Shown here in pieces: positions 1 to 10,214 of a stretch of DNA of 20,000 nucleotides. The stretch spans positions 46,816-66,815 of the forward strand of contig JBFLGF010000121.1 of NCBI GenBank assembly GCA_050230475.1, given 5' to 3'. The translations under genes and the position numbers were made by a program. Under the pieces are notes generated by a model. It had not been told where the DNA came from, searched no databases, and saw nothing but the letters and a program-made list of their open reading frames with translations. The DNA comes from Ancylonema sp. Taxonomy: Eukaryota. Position 1 is the first letter of the stretch. Each line of letters starts with the position of its first letter.

Positions 1-1695
1 ACGCCGCGATTGGCGCCAAGGGTGTGATCAGCACGCAGTGCAAGCAGCTGGTGGATGAGTATGCGGCCATGATCATGGACATGCTGGAGCAGAAGGTGAG
101 GGAAAACATCTTATTTTGCAAGTCGATCAAATGTTCTCTTTTTGGACCTGCAACAAGTGTTAGTGAGTGTGTTTATGGGCGAGAAGGTGTTGCTTCTTCT
201 GGGCTGGTCTCTGGAAGAAACAGAATGAGGAAGTGAAGGATTTTTTTTTTTAGAAGGTGGAGTTGGAACCAGTATTCGTGTACGTGAACCGTGCGGCTTC
301 TGTGCTTTTGTGAGGTGGTCTTGTGGGACCAGATTGATCCCGCCAAAATCTGCAGCATCCTCGGCCTCTGCAGCGCGATGGAAATCCTGCCGCAGCACAG
401 GTAGCGATACGGCTTCTCTGTTAAGTCGTTTTTTTTTTTTCCCTACTTAAAGTTGCATGAGCTGATATTCCTTTGCTGCTGCTGCAGTCGCAAGCTTCTG
501 GCGGAGAGCATGGGACTCCATCTCCCCAGCGAGCGAGAGACTGGGAAGGCAGTGGGCGACCCCAAGTGCAACTTCTGTCAGACTTTTGTGGTCTGGGTGG
601 AGAACCAGCTGTCGCAGAACAAGACACGGAACCAAGTCATTTCGCACCTTAACGATGTGAGGGGCACAACAGTATCAGCACGGGTTGAAGCAGGGCATAA
701 ATCCATAGCAACCGACCAAGCTTCACCTCCTCTTTGGCTGGGTTTGCCCGAAGGTGTAGGGAAGAGGATCAGTGACGAAAATCATGAAAGTTATACCAGT
801 AAAAATAGTCTTGTATATACAGACATCATCTAGTCATCTTGTCTATCGTATGCACATTGTATGTATCTTGTCTAATGAGCAATATTGTGACTGCCCTCTG
901 TGTGCCGCTTACACTGCTTGCTCACTATAGGGAGGCTCTTTGTGTTTCGTGTAGCTCTGCGAGCACCTGCCAAGTCCGGCTGGTGAGTCAGCCGTGCCCT
1001 GCAGTGCGGTGCACGACATGCCATCGGTGGCGTTCGAAATTGGCGACCATCTCTTTGAACTTACTGCAGAACAGGTCGGTATTTCTTCACTCTTGAAATA
1101 CTGCGGGGGTTGAAGGTGTGAGATGTGTGGTAGTGATCCCTGACCAGTTTCTGAGGTGGATTTCGATTTCGACTATAATTTGGTGTATGATTTCACCTTC
1201 CTTCCAGAGGTAGGTCAAGCTGAAAGTGGTGGTGGTGGGTAGGGAGGTAATGCCATGCAGGCCACACTACGGATATATCTGACATTTGGGTAGAGCTGTT
1301 TTCCCATGTGGCTGCAGTATGTGTTGAAGATTGGGGAGGGAGCTGCAGCTCAGTGCATCAGCGGGTTCATTGGATTGGATGTGCCCCCCCCCATGGGCCC
1401 TCTTTGGTGAGTGCTGGAATTGGTTTGGAAGGTGGCAGGGGTGGTTTCTCTGCTGGCTACATGGCTCATGTAGATCTCTTGATAGGCAGGTCGAGGTGGA
1501 TAAGTGTGCCATTTGTTGGAAAGTGTTGTGCCAGCGGAGTACTAAAATCTGTAGGAGGGAATAGAAGATGGAGAAAGGAAGAGTGACTGGATGTTGTGGT
1601 CGTGATGCAGGATTTTGGGAGATGTCTTCCTTGGTGTGTATCACTCCACGTACGACAGTGGCAATGATCGTATCGGCTTTGCGAAGTCAACATAG
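1..1695 (+). CDS. Phytepsin-type (A1 family) aspartic proteinase with saposin-like plant-specific insert; 3' part only. Exons <1-95, 333-400, 488-656, 955-1074, 1318-1406, 1611-1695
   Basis: All introns are GT-AG and the phases are consistent. Spliced translation: [19 protein letters not shown]...|[13 protein letters not shown]...|...[23 protein letters not shown]...|[16 protein letters not shown]...MPSVAFEIG...|[57 protein letters not shown]. This is the hallmark PSI plus C-terminal lobe of plant aspartic proteinases. Confidence 0.96.
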
Positions 1696-1857
1696 CTGGT
1701 GAATATAGTTTTTGGGAATTGTTGCTGCTAAGTGGTTAGGTGGAGGTTGGAAATGTGTGGATTGAGGCATATTGTTGCGAATGCCTAGCACAAGAGGGGG
1801 ATGTTGAGCACGATAAACAATGATCTTGGAGGATATTTGTAGTTTGACAACATTTGC

Positions 1858-1863
1858 AATAAA
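1858..1863 (+). promoter_or_regulatory. Candidate polyadenylation signal of the aspartic proteinase gene
   Basis: AATAAA lies about 160 nt after the stop codon and is followed by TG/T-rich sequence. Positional evidence only. Confidence 0.3.
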
Positions 1864-2105
1864 GAGTTCCTATGTGCAGTTTGTAGTGCACTGTGGTTGG
1901 GTGAGTGACGTCACGGGTGATTATTACCTGAGTTTGCCTACTTGAACGTGTGACAAGCTTGTGGGCATCTTTTATTCTTGTTACGTTTTTTTTTTAACAC
2001 TCTATGTGTAGTCTGTCAATGTAGTAATAGATTGTGTGAATACTGGGCAATTTGCCATCTCCTAAAAATTGTTCAAGCTTTGTTAACCATGGGGAGGGTA
2101 GAAGC

Positions 2106-2563
2106 TGTTAGAATATTTTGGATAGCCATATGATATGCTTGCTAGTCCAGTTGTAACCGGTTACTCTAACCGGGAGCAATATTCTAGATGTGCCTGTATG
2201 CGGGGCCCCCCAAGTTTGTGCCCGGGCACCTGACATGTTTCCGACGCTTAGAGACGTTATTTGTTTGAAGCGTCGTGATTGGCTTGGTTAGTCGTGTCAG
2301 AAATGTCCATGTGCCGTTGACATGTAGAAGAGCTGTCAGTCAATGATAGGCCGACACGGTCAATTGTGCCGACCGTCGGCAACAACAATCTGTAAAGCGC
2401 ATCGGGTATTACCATCCCCGATGCAATCACAACAATAACGGTCCACACACGCAACTGTTTCTCTCGTTGATCATCATCAGTGATAGAGATCCTTTTGCGT
2501 ACGGTGCGTTTTGTCGCCCACCTAATTATTCCGGCACGTCTAATCACTCATCAAAAGCTTATA
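2106..2563 (+). repeat. 5' LTR (458 bp), TGTTAGAATA...AAAAGCTTATA
   Basis: Aligns end to end with 8245-8699. Preceded by the TSD GAAGC and followed directly by the PBS. Confidence 0.95.
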
Positions 2564-2577
2564 GGTTATGGCCCCAC
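2564..2577 (+). promoter_or_regulatory. Primer binding site of half-tRNA(iMet) type
   Basis: GGTTATGGCCCCAC abuts the LTR end. It is complementary (about 13/14, from my recollection of the plant initiator tRNA-Met) to the anticodon arm GUGGGCCCAUAACC, not to the 3' CCA end. There is no TGG start. Confidence 0.8.
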
Positions 2578-2820
2578 GTGCGGTCTAGTTCAGACGCCGT
2601 GTTGGTTAAAAACTAAAAGCTCCACGCGATTTTGCTGCGGTAATCTCTGTGAACGGTATATTCTGCCTGTGAGTGCAAATATATTCGTAGTTGTTAAGTG
2701 CTGCACGTAATTTTGACAGTGCGTTACAAGTTTTCGAGCTGAGTGCTGCAGTGCAGGAATTGCACTGAGAACTCGAGCTGAGCGAGAATTTTTGTGAAAT
2801 CCTAAACAATAGCTCCCACA

Positions 2821-5800
2821 ATGTCGGATAGGTCGCAAATCCCTCAGTTTACTGGAGCTCATTATACAGGATGGGCCTTCAAGGTCAAGTATGGGCTGGC
2901 GGACAAGAAACTGCATCGTTTGGTGATGGATTGGGACAGCTTGCCGAGTCGCCCAGACGTTATCCTTCCATTGACAATTGACAACGAGCTGCAATTTGCC
3001 GCCAGGGGGATCGACGTTGATGTCGAAATATTGGTCAGGCAGCAGCAGATTTCCCAGCAGCTGCTGGAGCTGGAGAAATGGGAGGAAGAAAATCTGGCTG
3101 CTATGTCATACATTGTGAAGCACTTAGGTCCTTCGGAGCTGACGCACATCACAGACTGCACGACAGCTGCCGGAATGTGGGATGCCCTGAGGACATTCTA
3201 TCAGGTGCAGGGTGCGATCGAGATCGCAAATACGGAAGCACTGCTGAGCGCGTCAATACAGACAGAGGCGGAGGACCTCAACGTATACGTCAAGCGTCTT
3301 CAGCAGCTGCACCAGGATCTGAAGAATCTGGGGGCGCCAGTATCTCCGACGAAGCAGGCGATCAACCTGCTGAATTCTTTAAACACGCATTACAGCCCAA
3401 TGGTCTCGACGCTTATGCCATGGTCTGAATCGTCTCCACACCTATTCACTATTCCCCACATCGTGAGTGCGCTGCTGCGCGACGACGTCAGGAAGGAGCT
3501 GAATGAGCGTAAAAGGGGGGCGCTGCCAGGAGGTCACCAAGCGCATTATGGTGGACGGGGGGGGGAACGGAGCTGGAGGCAGCAGCAGATCTGGTGGTGC
3601 GACTGGAGCTGGTCGCAGAGACGCTGCAGGCGTCGAATGCTTCGGCTGCCACAAATTCGGCCACATCAGAGCGACATGCCCTTCACCAGCTCTTGGCGGA
3701 GGCCATGCCGGAGCCTGGAAATGTCACAGGTGCCACCAGGCAGGCCACCGAGCTGCTCAGTGCCCTGCGACATCTCGCCAGCAGCTGGAAATGTTGCGCA
3801 CACTACTCAGGGAAAGTTCAGGGGGGAGACAAGAGGTGCAGATATTTGCAACAATGTAGGGCATACTATTGAACAATGTAGAAAACGCACATCTGACATG
3901 GCTCTAATGAACCCACAAGCTGCTCGAAGGGCTGATGCACAAGCTAGACTTGCTCGCTTTGCTGACAAACCTTTCGACGCTAATGTGGATTATTTAGCTT
4001 TCGGTGCTTTCTCGTTCGATGTTGCTCGGGCATTGTCTGCTGGTTCTCACACAGACTCCTTGATCCTGAATTCAAGTGCTACCGACCACATGAACACTTT
4101 GAATGAACATTTTGTGGAGTACACACCTACCCTGAGCACGCAGAAGGCCTACATCACCACTGCTGACGGCTCGTCACACAAGGTGGACGGCACTGGTTTC
4201 GTGCACATCCGAGTGAGGAATGGCGACGCCTTTTTTGTGCAGCCACTCAGCTCGATCCACGTCCCTACGTTTGCCTGCACCCTCGTGTCGACATCGTGCC
4301 TCGTCCTCGTCAAAAGAGGTGGGCTGAGCTTTCTACAGCTGCCCACGGGTCCAGAATTAAACAAGGGAACTGTGAAATGGGCTGATGTGCTGCAGCAGCC
4401 TAGGGGTCTGACGTTGCTTGCTGCCACCATCGTCATGCCTAGATCTCATGATACGAGAGCAAATTTGTCCACAGGCATGGTCTGGCATCACAAACTGGGT
4501 CACCCCATGTGATGTCAGATTTCTGTCAGACGTGGTGACACATATCCCAGATTGAGTTAAGTCAAGAAGAATTAACTGAAGTCAGGGGATGTCAGGTTTG
4601 TTGTCAGGGGAAGATGATTCAGCTCAGTCATGCTAAGGCCAGTGACGATCTGGGGACATGCCCCAAGATGGGTCGCATTCACCTGGATCTCATTGGACCA
4701 TTGTCTGTCACAGGTCTGCGAATGGAGGTTTCACGTATGCTCAGACAGGGATTGAGGTATCCACACGTCTGTCATTTCAGTTTGCTAAAAACAAAGGATG
4801 AAGCAGTGAACCGAGCAAAGGTCACTATACAGTTGCTCGAGGTCCAGTCAGGGTTGCCCCTACAGTCTATACGGACAGACAAGGGGGGGGAGTATATGTC
4901 TCAGGACTGGATAAACTATTGTGGGGGGAAGGGTATTGACAAGCAAACCACAGAAGCATATAGTCCTGAACAAAACGGACTCTGTGAAAGACTGAATAGA
5001 ACATTGATAGAAAAAATGCGATGCATATTAATTTGGTGAGGTCTACCGAAGTCGTATTGGGATGTGGCATTGTTACATGCAAATTTTGCAAACTGGCTAA
5101 GGAACAGAACTCCCACTAAGTCGCTTTCTGGCAGAATTCCAATTGAGGTCTGGGAGGGAAAGAAAATGACAGTTAATAAAAGTCAGAATTTCGGGTGTCT
5201 GGTTCAATATTTGAAGGTTGGGGGGGGAACGAACAGGCAAGGGGACAAGTTTGCCCCTCGCACTTGCTTTGGTGTGTTTCTGGGGATGGCTGCGGGGAGT
5301 GCAACGTTTTCGACCCCCATAGAGTGGGGGTGATATCACGCATGGACGTGCGGTTCTTCGAGGAGGTGCCGGGGTACCCGAAGCTCATGGGGGGGAGAGC
5401 TCAGGTTCAGGCGGCAACAGAAAAACACTTTTTCTATCTGTTCCCCGACACCGAAGATGAGCAGCACCCAGCAGCAGTTGTGCCAGCAGCAGCAGTCCAC
5501 CCCAACATGCCAGCAGCAGCAGTCCACCCAATCATGCCAGCAGTTTTGCAGCTGATGCCAGCAGTTTTGCAGCCAATCCCAGCACCAGCAGAACCAGCAG
5601 TTCCTGGCCAGCAGCTGCCATCGACTATCCGCACGACAACTTCCAGCCACAAGCTTGCTGAGGTCCCTAACCCCACGATTGTGCTGTCTGACAGCCAATC
5701 AGGGATCAACAACGCAGGAGGTCGAGATGCAGGGGAGGAGGAGGTGCAAGGAGGGGGGTGCGAACCCAGGGAGTGGGGGAGCCGCAGCGTAGCTGATCGG

Positions 5801-7550
5801 GTGATGGCCAGAAGGCGAGCCAACTTTGCCGAGTATGGGGATCTCATGTGATGGATGTGATGGGGAGGAGTTCGATGACGCACGCCAACTACTCAGCGAC
5901 TGAGTGGGAGCCCAGCAGTTTCTACACTGGCTTCCGGGCTTCAACGGTCCTGTGGATCCGGGCTACGCATGCGTAGCATCTAACAGCAAACTCCTCCGAG
6001 CCACTCACCCTCAACCATGCGATGATGAGGCCCGACTGGGACCAGTGGGACAGGGCCATGTGGAAGAGCTCGCTGCCCTGGAGACGTTCAACTCCTTTGA
6101 GGTGTGTGTGCTTCCTCCAGGTAAAAAGGCTGTGGGGTGCAGATATGTTTTTAAGGTCAACACAACACCACAGGGGGATATTGAAAGATATAAAGTCAGA
6201 CTGGTCGCACAGGGATTCTTACAGCAAGAGGGTATTGACTATAACGAAGAGTATTTGCACCAGTAATCGACAGTACATCTATCACCTTACCTCTCTATAG
6301 CCAACCAATATGACTGGGAACTAGAACAGATGGACGTAATCACAGCGTTCCTGTATGGACGTCTGGAAGAAGAAGTTTATATGAAAATACCACCACGTAT
6401 GTATATCAATGGGGGTGCTGAGGGAAAGGTCTTACGACTTAAGGGGGCTTTATACGGTCTAAAACAAGTAGCCACGTGTGGCAAGAGATGTTCGTTCAGA
6501 AAATTTATGATATCTGAAGGGTTTATACAATGCGTAATGGACACATGTATATATATGAGGGGGGAAGCAGACAGCAGAATCATACTGGGAATACATGAAG
6601 ACGATCAGGTGATCACAGGTCCTAACGCAATGGTCGTCAAAACTTTTAAAGAAGATATGGGTAAAAAGTTCAAAGTCAAGGATCTGGGTCCCCTAACACC
6701 CATATCCTGGGGGTGGAAGTGAAGAGAGGGATAGACAGAGAAGACTGCTCACACTAGGACAGTCAGGTTTCATAAAGGGAGTGCTCGAACGTTATGGGAT
6801 GCATGAGTGTAATCCAACCAAACTCCCTCTAGCCCCTGGAACTCAGTTTACACAGAATGATGAACCAACTCTTCCCCCTAAATAACAGACTTTCGAGGGG
6901 AAGTGGGATCTCTCATATTGGGATCTCTCATATATGCCATGAAACAAACCAGACTGGACATCGGGTATGCACTTGGGGTACTGGCAAAGCACATGGGAAA
7001 TCCTGGGGTCGCACACATTAGGGCGTTACATCAACTATTCAAATACCTTAAAGGGACTGTGAACCACGGACTGACGTTTGTGGGAAAAGACAGCTTTGAA
7101 GATGCATCATGGAACAGTTGCAGCATGACAGGAAAGTCAGTCACAGGATGGGTAACCACGGTTGGGGGGACAGCACTGAGTTGGAAGTCGCAGAAGCAGT
7201 CCACTGTTGCATAGAGCACTGCCGAGGCTGAATATATCGGTGCCTGTAGTGTATCTAAAGAGTGCTGTTATCTAAAATCTCTCTTGAAAGAACTCAAGTT
7301 CCCAAACCAAATCACAATCCACACTGACTCAACCTCAGCTCTCTCCATGATCCAGAATCCTGTGCAACGACAGAAGGCAAAACATTTTAATGTGGTATAT
7401 CACTCGGTACGGGAATGCCACAGCACGGGGAGACTAAAATATGTGTATCTTGCACGCGCCAATCAACCAGCAGATATGCTAACCAAAGCTCTTCCTCAAG
7501 TTTTACTGGACAGACACAGCAAAAGTCTAGGTTTTGGACGGTTATACTGA
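2821..7550 (+). pseudogene. gag-pol: Copia gag-pol polyprotein, disrupted by multiple frameshifts and stops
   Basis: Gag: FTGAHYTGWAFKV, TAAGMWDAL and CCHC knuckles. Protease: LILNSSATDHM. Integrase: WHHKLGHP...CQVCCQGK, IHLDLIGP, IRTDKGGEY, PEQNGLCERLNRT. RT: RYKVRLVAQGF, QMDVITAFLYG, ALYGLKQ, GIHEDD. RNase H: DASW, SWKSQKQSTVA*STAEAEY, HTDS, PADMLTKAL. Confidence 0.95.
5482..5585 (+). repeat. In-frame tandem repeats in the integrase-RT linker (2 x 27 nt, then 2 x 21 nt)
   Basis: GCCAGCAGCAGCAGTCCACCC... occurs twice and GCCAGCAGTTTTGCAGC... twice, encoding PAAAVHPNM-PAAAVHPIM-PAVLQLM-PAVLQPI. Confidence 0.85.
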
Positions 7551-8235
7551 ACTGGGGGTGTCACTCCTTTCTTTTATTTTTATGATCGAAGGTTTCGAAT
7601 GCCATGCATGTTGGCAGGGGGTGTGTTGTTATGTTTCTTTTCAGGCAGAAGTAATGGGGAGGGTACACCAACTTCAGCTGATCCAGCTAAGTCACACTCT
7701 TACCTTAATACCTTGAAAAGACACTTGAAAACGCTTAAGGACACTTTAAAAATCAGAAAGTGTGAATCTGCTCAACTTTAAACTTGTCAGTTTGTTTTGA
7801 ATTTTCGAATGTATGTCTTAATCATTGTTGCAAAACTTGTTTCAAAAGTTGGTGCTGATAAGACTGGTAATTTTGAAGTTATGCTGTTTTGAGATTTTTC
7901 TGACTGGAAAGTGTAAAGTGTCAGAATCGTGAAGTTGAAAAAGTTAAAAAATCAAAATATTTTCATGAGTTTTTTTGTTTTCGCCTAACTTGTGGTATTT
8001 GTTTGTATGTTCAGGGCTTCGGCCTGAAAAACGACTAAGGATCTGGAGCGATCGACTTCATGGAGTTCCGATCGGCTTCCGAAACGGCTGCATTTGTCGA
8101 ATCCCCTAGCACGCTTTTATGCTGGGAAGACCAAAACTGTTTTTTATATGTTATGCAATGGTTCTGCCATGATTTGGCAATGACTTGGGTACTCCTTTGG
8201 ATGTCTGCATCTATGCCAACTTTAGCATGGCATCC

Positions 8236-8244
8236 GAGGGGGTG
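8236..8244 (+). promoter_or_regulatory. Polypurine tract
   Basis: GAGGGGGTG lies immediately 5' of the TG that starts the 3' LTR. Confidence 0.85.
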
Positions 8245-8699
8245 TGTTAGAATATGTTGGATAGCCATATGTGATGCTTGCTAGTCCAGTTGTAACCGGT
8301 TACTCTAACCGGGAGCAATTTTCTAGATGTGCCTGTATGCAGGGCCGGGCAAGTTTGTGCCCGGGCACCTGACATGTTTCCGACGCTTAGAGACGTTATT
8401 TGTTTGAAGCGTCGTGATGGCTTGTTTAGTCGTGTCAGAATTGTCCGGCATGTGCCGTTGACATGTAGAAGAGCTGTCAGTCAATGATAGGCCAACGGTC
8501 AATTGTGCCGACCGTCGGCACACAACAATCTGTAAAGCTCATCGGGTATTACCATCCCCGATGCAATCACAATAATAATTCGTTCCACACACGCAACTCC
8601 TGTCTCGTTGATCATCAAGTGATAGAGATCCTTTTGCGTACGGTTCGTTTGTCGCCCACCTAAATTATTCCGGCACGTCTAATCACTCAAAAGCTTATA
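8245..8699 (+). repeat. 3' LTR (455 bp)
   Basis: Direct repeat of 2106-2563, followed by the TSD GAAGC. Confidence 0.95.
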
Positions 8700-9958
8700 G
8701 AAGCTACAGTTTCACATTTTGATGTGATTGTTGGCCACATACATCAAGAAATGGTGTATCCAAACGTCCATCACTACACGAATGACAATTGCCTTACTCC
8801 TCTCCCGGTGTGAAGAATGTGGGGACTGCTTACATTCTTAAATTCGACAAAATTAACATCCGAATTCAAATGTTCCTATGTGGCCTTCTCCTTGACATCC
8901 CCGAGTACCCCCTTCAATCATCTCCTTATAACCTTGAACTGTGTAGTGTTCAATAGGGAGAGGTATATCTCAAAATTGTGCAATATCTACAAATCTCCAT
9001 GGAAGTGTTTGCTCAATATGCCTCTTCCCTATATATGACTTTAGTAAAGCTGGCTCAGTAAGAGCGTAAGCACAGATATGTGGAAGGTATCAAGAAACTT
9101 TATACGATGGCTCAGTAAGAGCGTCAGCGAAACAATACAAGTAATATCAATAAGTTGAAAATGTCCATTTTGTCAACTTACGGGTTTCGTCGACGACAGT
9201 CGAGCGAGCAATCGTAGTTACGCAACAAACAAAAACAAGAACCAGCGTCAGCCATAAGTTGTTGGAGACGGATAATACACTTGCAAAGATTTGAAAGGAT
9301 TTTGTTGAAAGTTTCTTGTCGGGTCAATCTGACAGCGGAAGTTGAAATATACTTCACAAGTGATTGTCTTTATGCTACGCGATGCTAACCGGAGGACTTA
9401 ACTAGAGTTAATTGACATGGTTAATCGACAGGTTGTACTCTAGAATGTCCTAATCAATCTTGACACTACAAATGTCAACGTCAATTATTATACGGCAGGA
9501 TTTTATCGCCGGGATAATCTCGACAAGTCAGAAGTAGCATTGTCGATAAGAGACTTGCGGTAAGTGCTTGATTATCGCCACAAAATCTACATTGTACGAG
9601 TGGTGGACACTGCACCCGTAAGATACGCCCACGCTTTATTATCGAGTTTACAAAACTTTATTTAACTTTGCAAATTACAGATTCTAACTACACATGGAAA
9701 TTTCTCGGTTTCTCCAATAGTTACTATTTCGAGACATTGCAATTGTAATTTCGTTACAGTGGACTAGTTGCTTATAGCAAGGTACATTGCTAGAGGAGTC
9801 TGGATATCAGAATAGAGGGGTTTACACTCAACGTTGTCTAGCGGCATGCCATCCTTACTTCATTTGACCCTTTTCCCTATGCGATCTATGAATAACCTTA
9901 CCAATTTGAGAACGGACATTGCAACAATTAGTTGACCCAATAAATTACAACAATTACG

Positions 9959-10160
9959 TATAGTAAAACGTGTCGTAATTGGTTATGTCTTGATTGATAA
10001 TGTGTCCGAACTATTACTTGTTACCGGTCCTCTCTTGATTAATAACCTGTCTCACTTATTATTTCTTACAGGTCCCGACTTTTGGCGAGAGTAATTGTTA
10101 CGAAACCTCTATAACTTGATAATTAATACGTTTGTCCCGTCCCGTCGACGTGTTATTGAA
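9959..10160. mobile_element. Possible degenerate terminus of a pogo/Emigrant-like MITE
   Basis: TA|TAGTAAAAC at 9959 and AAACCTCTATAACTTGATAATT at 10103 resemble the CAGTAAAACCTCTATAAATTAATA-type TIR. No matching right end was found. Confidence 0.3.
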
Positions 10161-10214
10161 TAATGTACGGAATCCGTACGTATCCGTACAATCATTGTTT
10201 GCAGCCGTACCGGC

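Larger units (their letters stand above)
2106..8699 (+). mobile_element. Full-length, decayed Ty1/copia LTR retrotransposon
   Basis: Two ~455-bp direct LTRs, a perfect 5-bp TSD GAAGC (2101-2105 and 8700-8704), a PBS, a PPT, and domain order Gag-PR-INT-RT-RNaseH, which is diagnostic of copia. Confidence 0.97.

Noticed and set aside
2821..4512. Intact 563-aa gag-protease ORF or programmed frameshifting
   Set aside because: The middle of the ORF is off-frame because of three +1 indels. The element has many other lesions, so programmed recoding need not be invoked.
8035..8109. Hammerhead-ribozyme-like three-way junction in the copia 3' region (GAAAC...GTC present)
   Set aside because: The essential CUGANGA core is absent (it reads CTGGAGC), and stems I and III pair poorly. 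Kept only as generic hairpin structure.
7599..8284. Extra env-like or antisense ORF downstream of pol
   Set aside because: Only 60-77 aa ORFs with no recognisable motif, and two of them run into the LTR.
9051..9124. Mini CRISPR array
   Set aside because: Only two 17-bp non-palindromic repeats, in a eukaryotic context with no cas genes.
8705..9950. Hidden gene or pseudogene in the AT-rich spacer
   Set aside because: The frames I translated (about 8700-9000) are stop-interrupted with no recognisable domain, and the ORF track shows only one 73-aa ORF here. Left unannotated; a BLASTX search would be needed.
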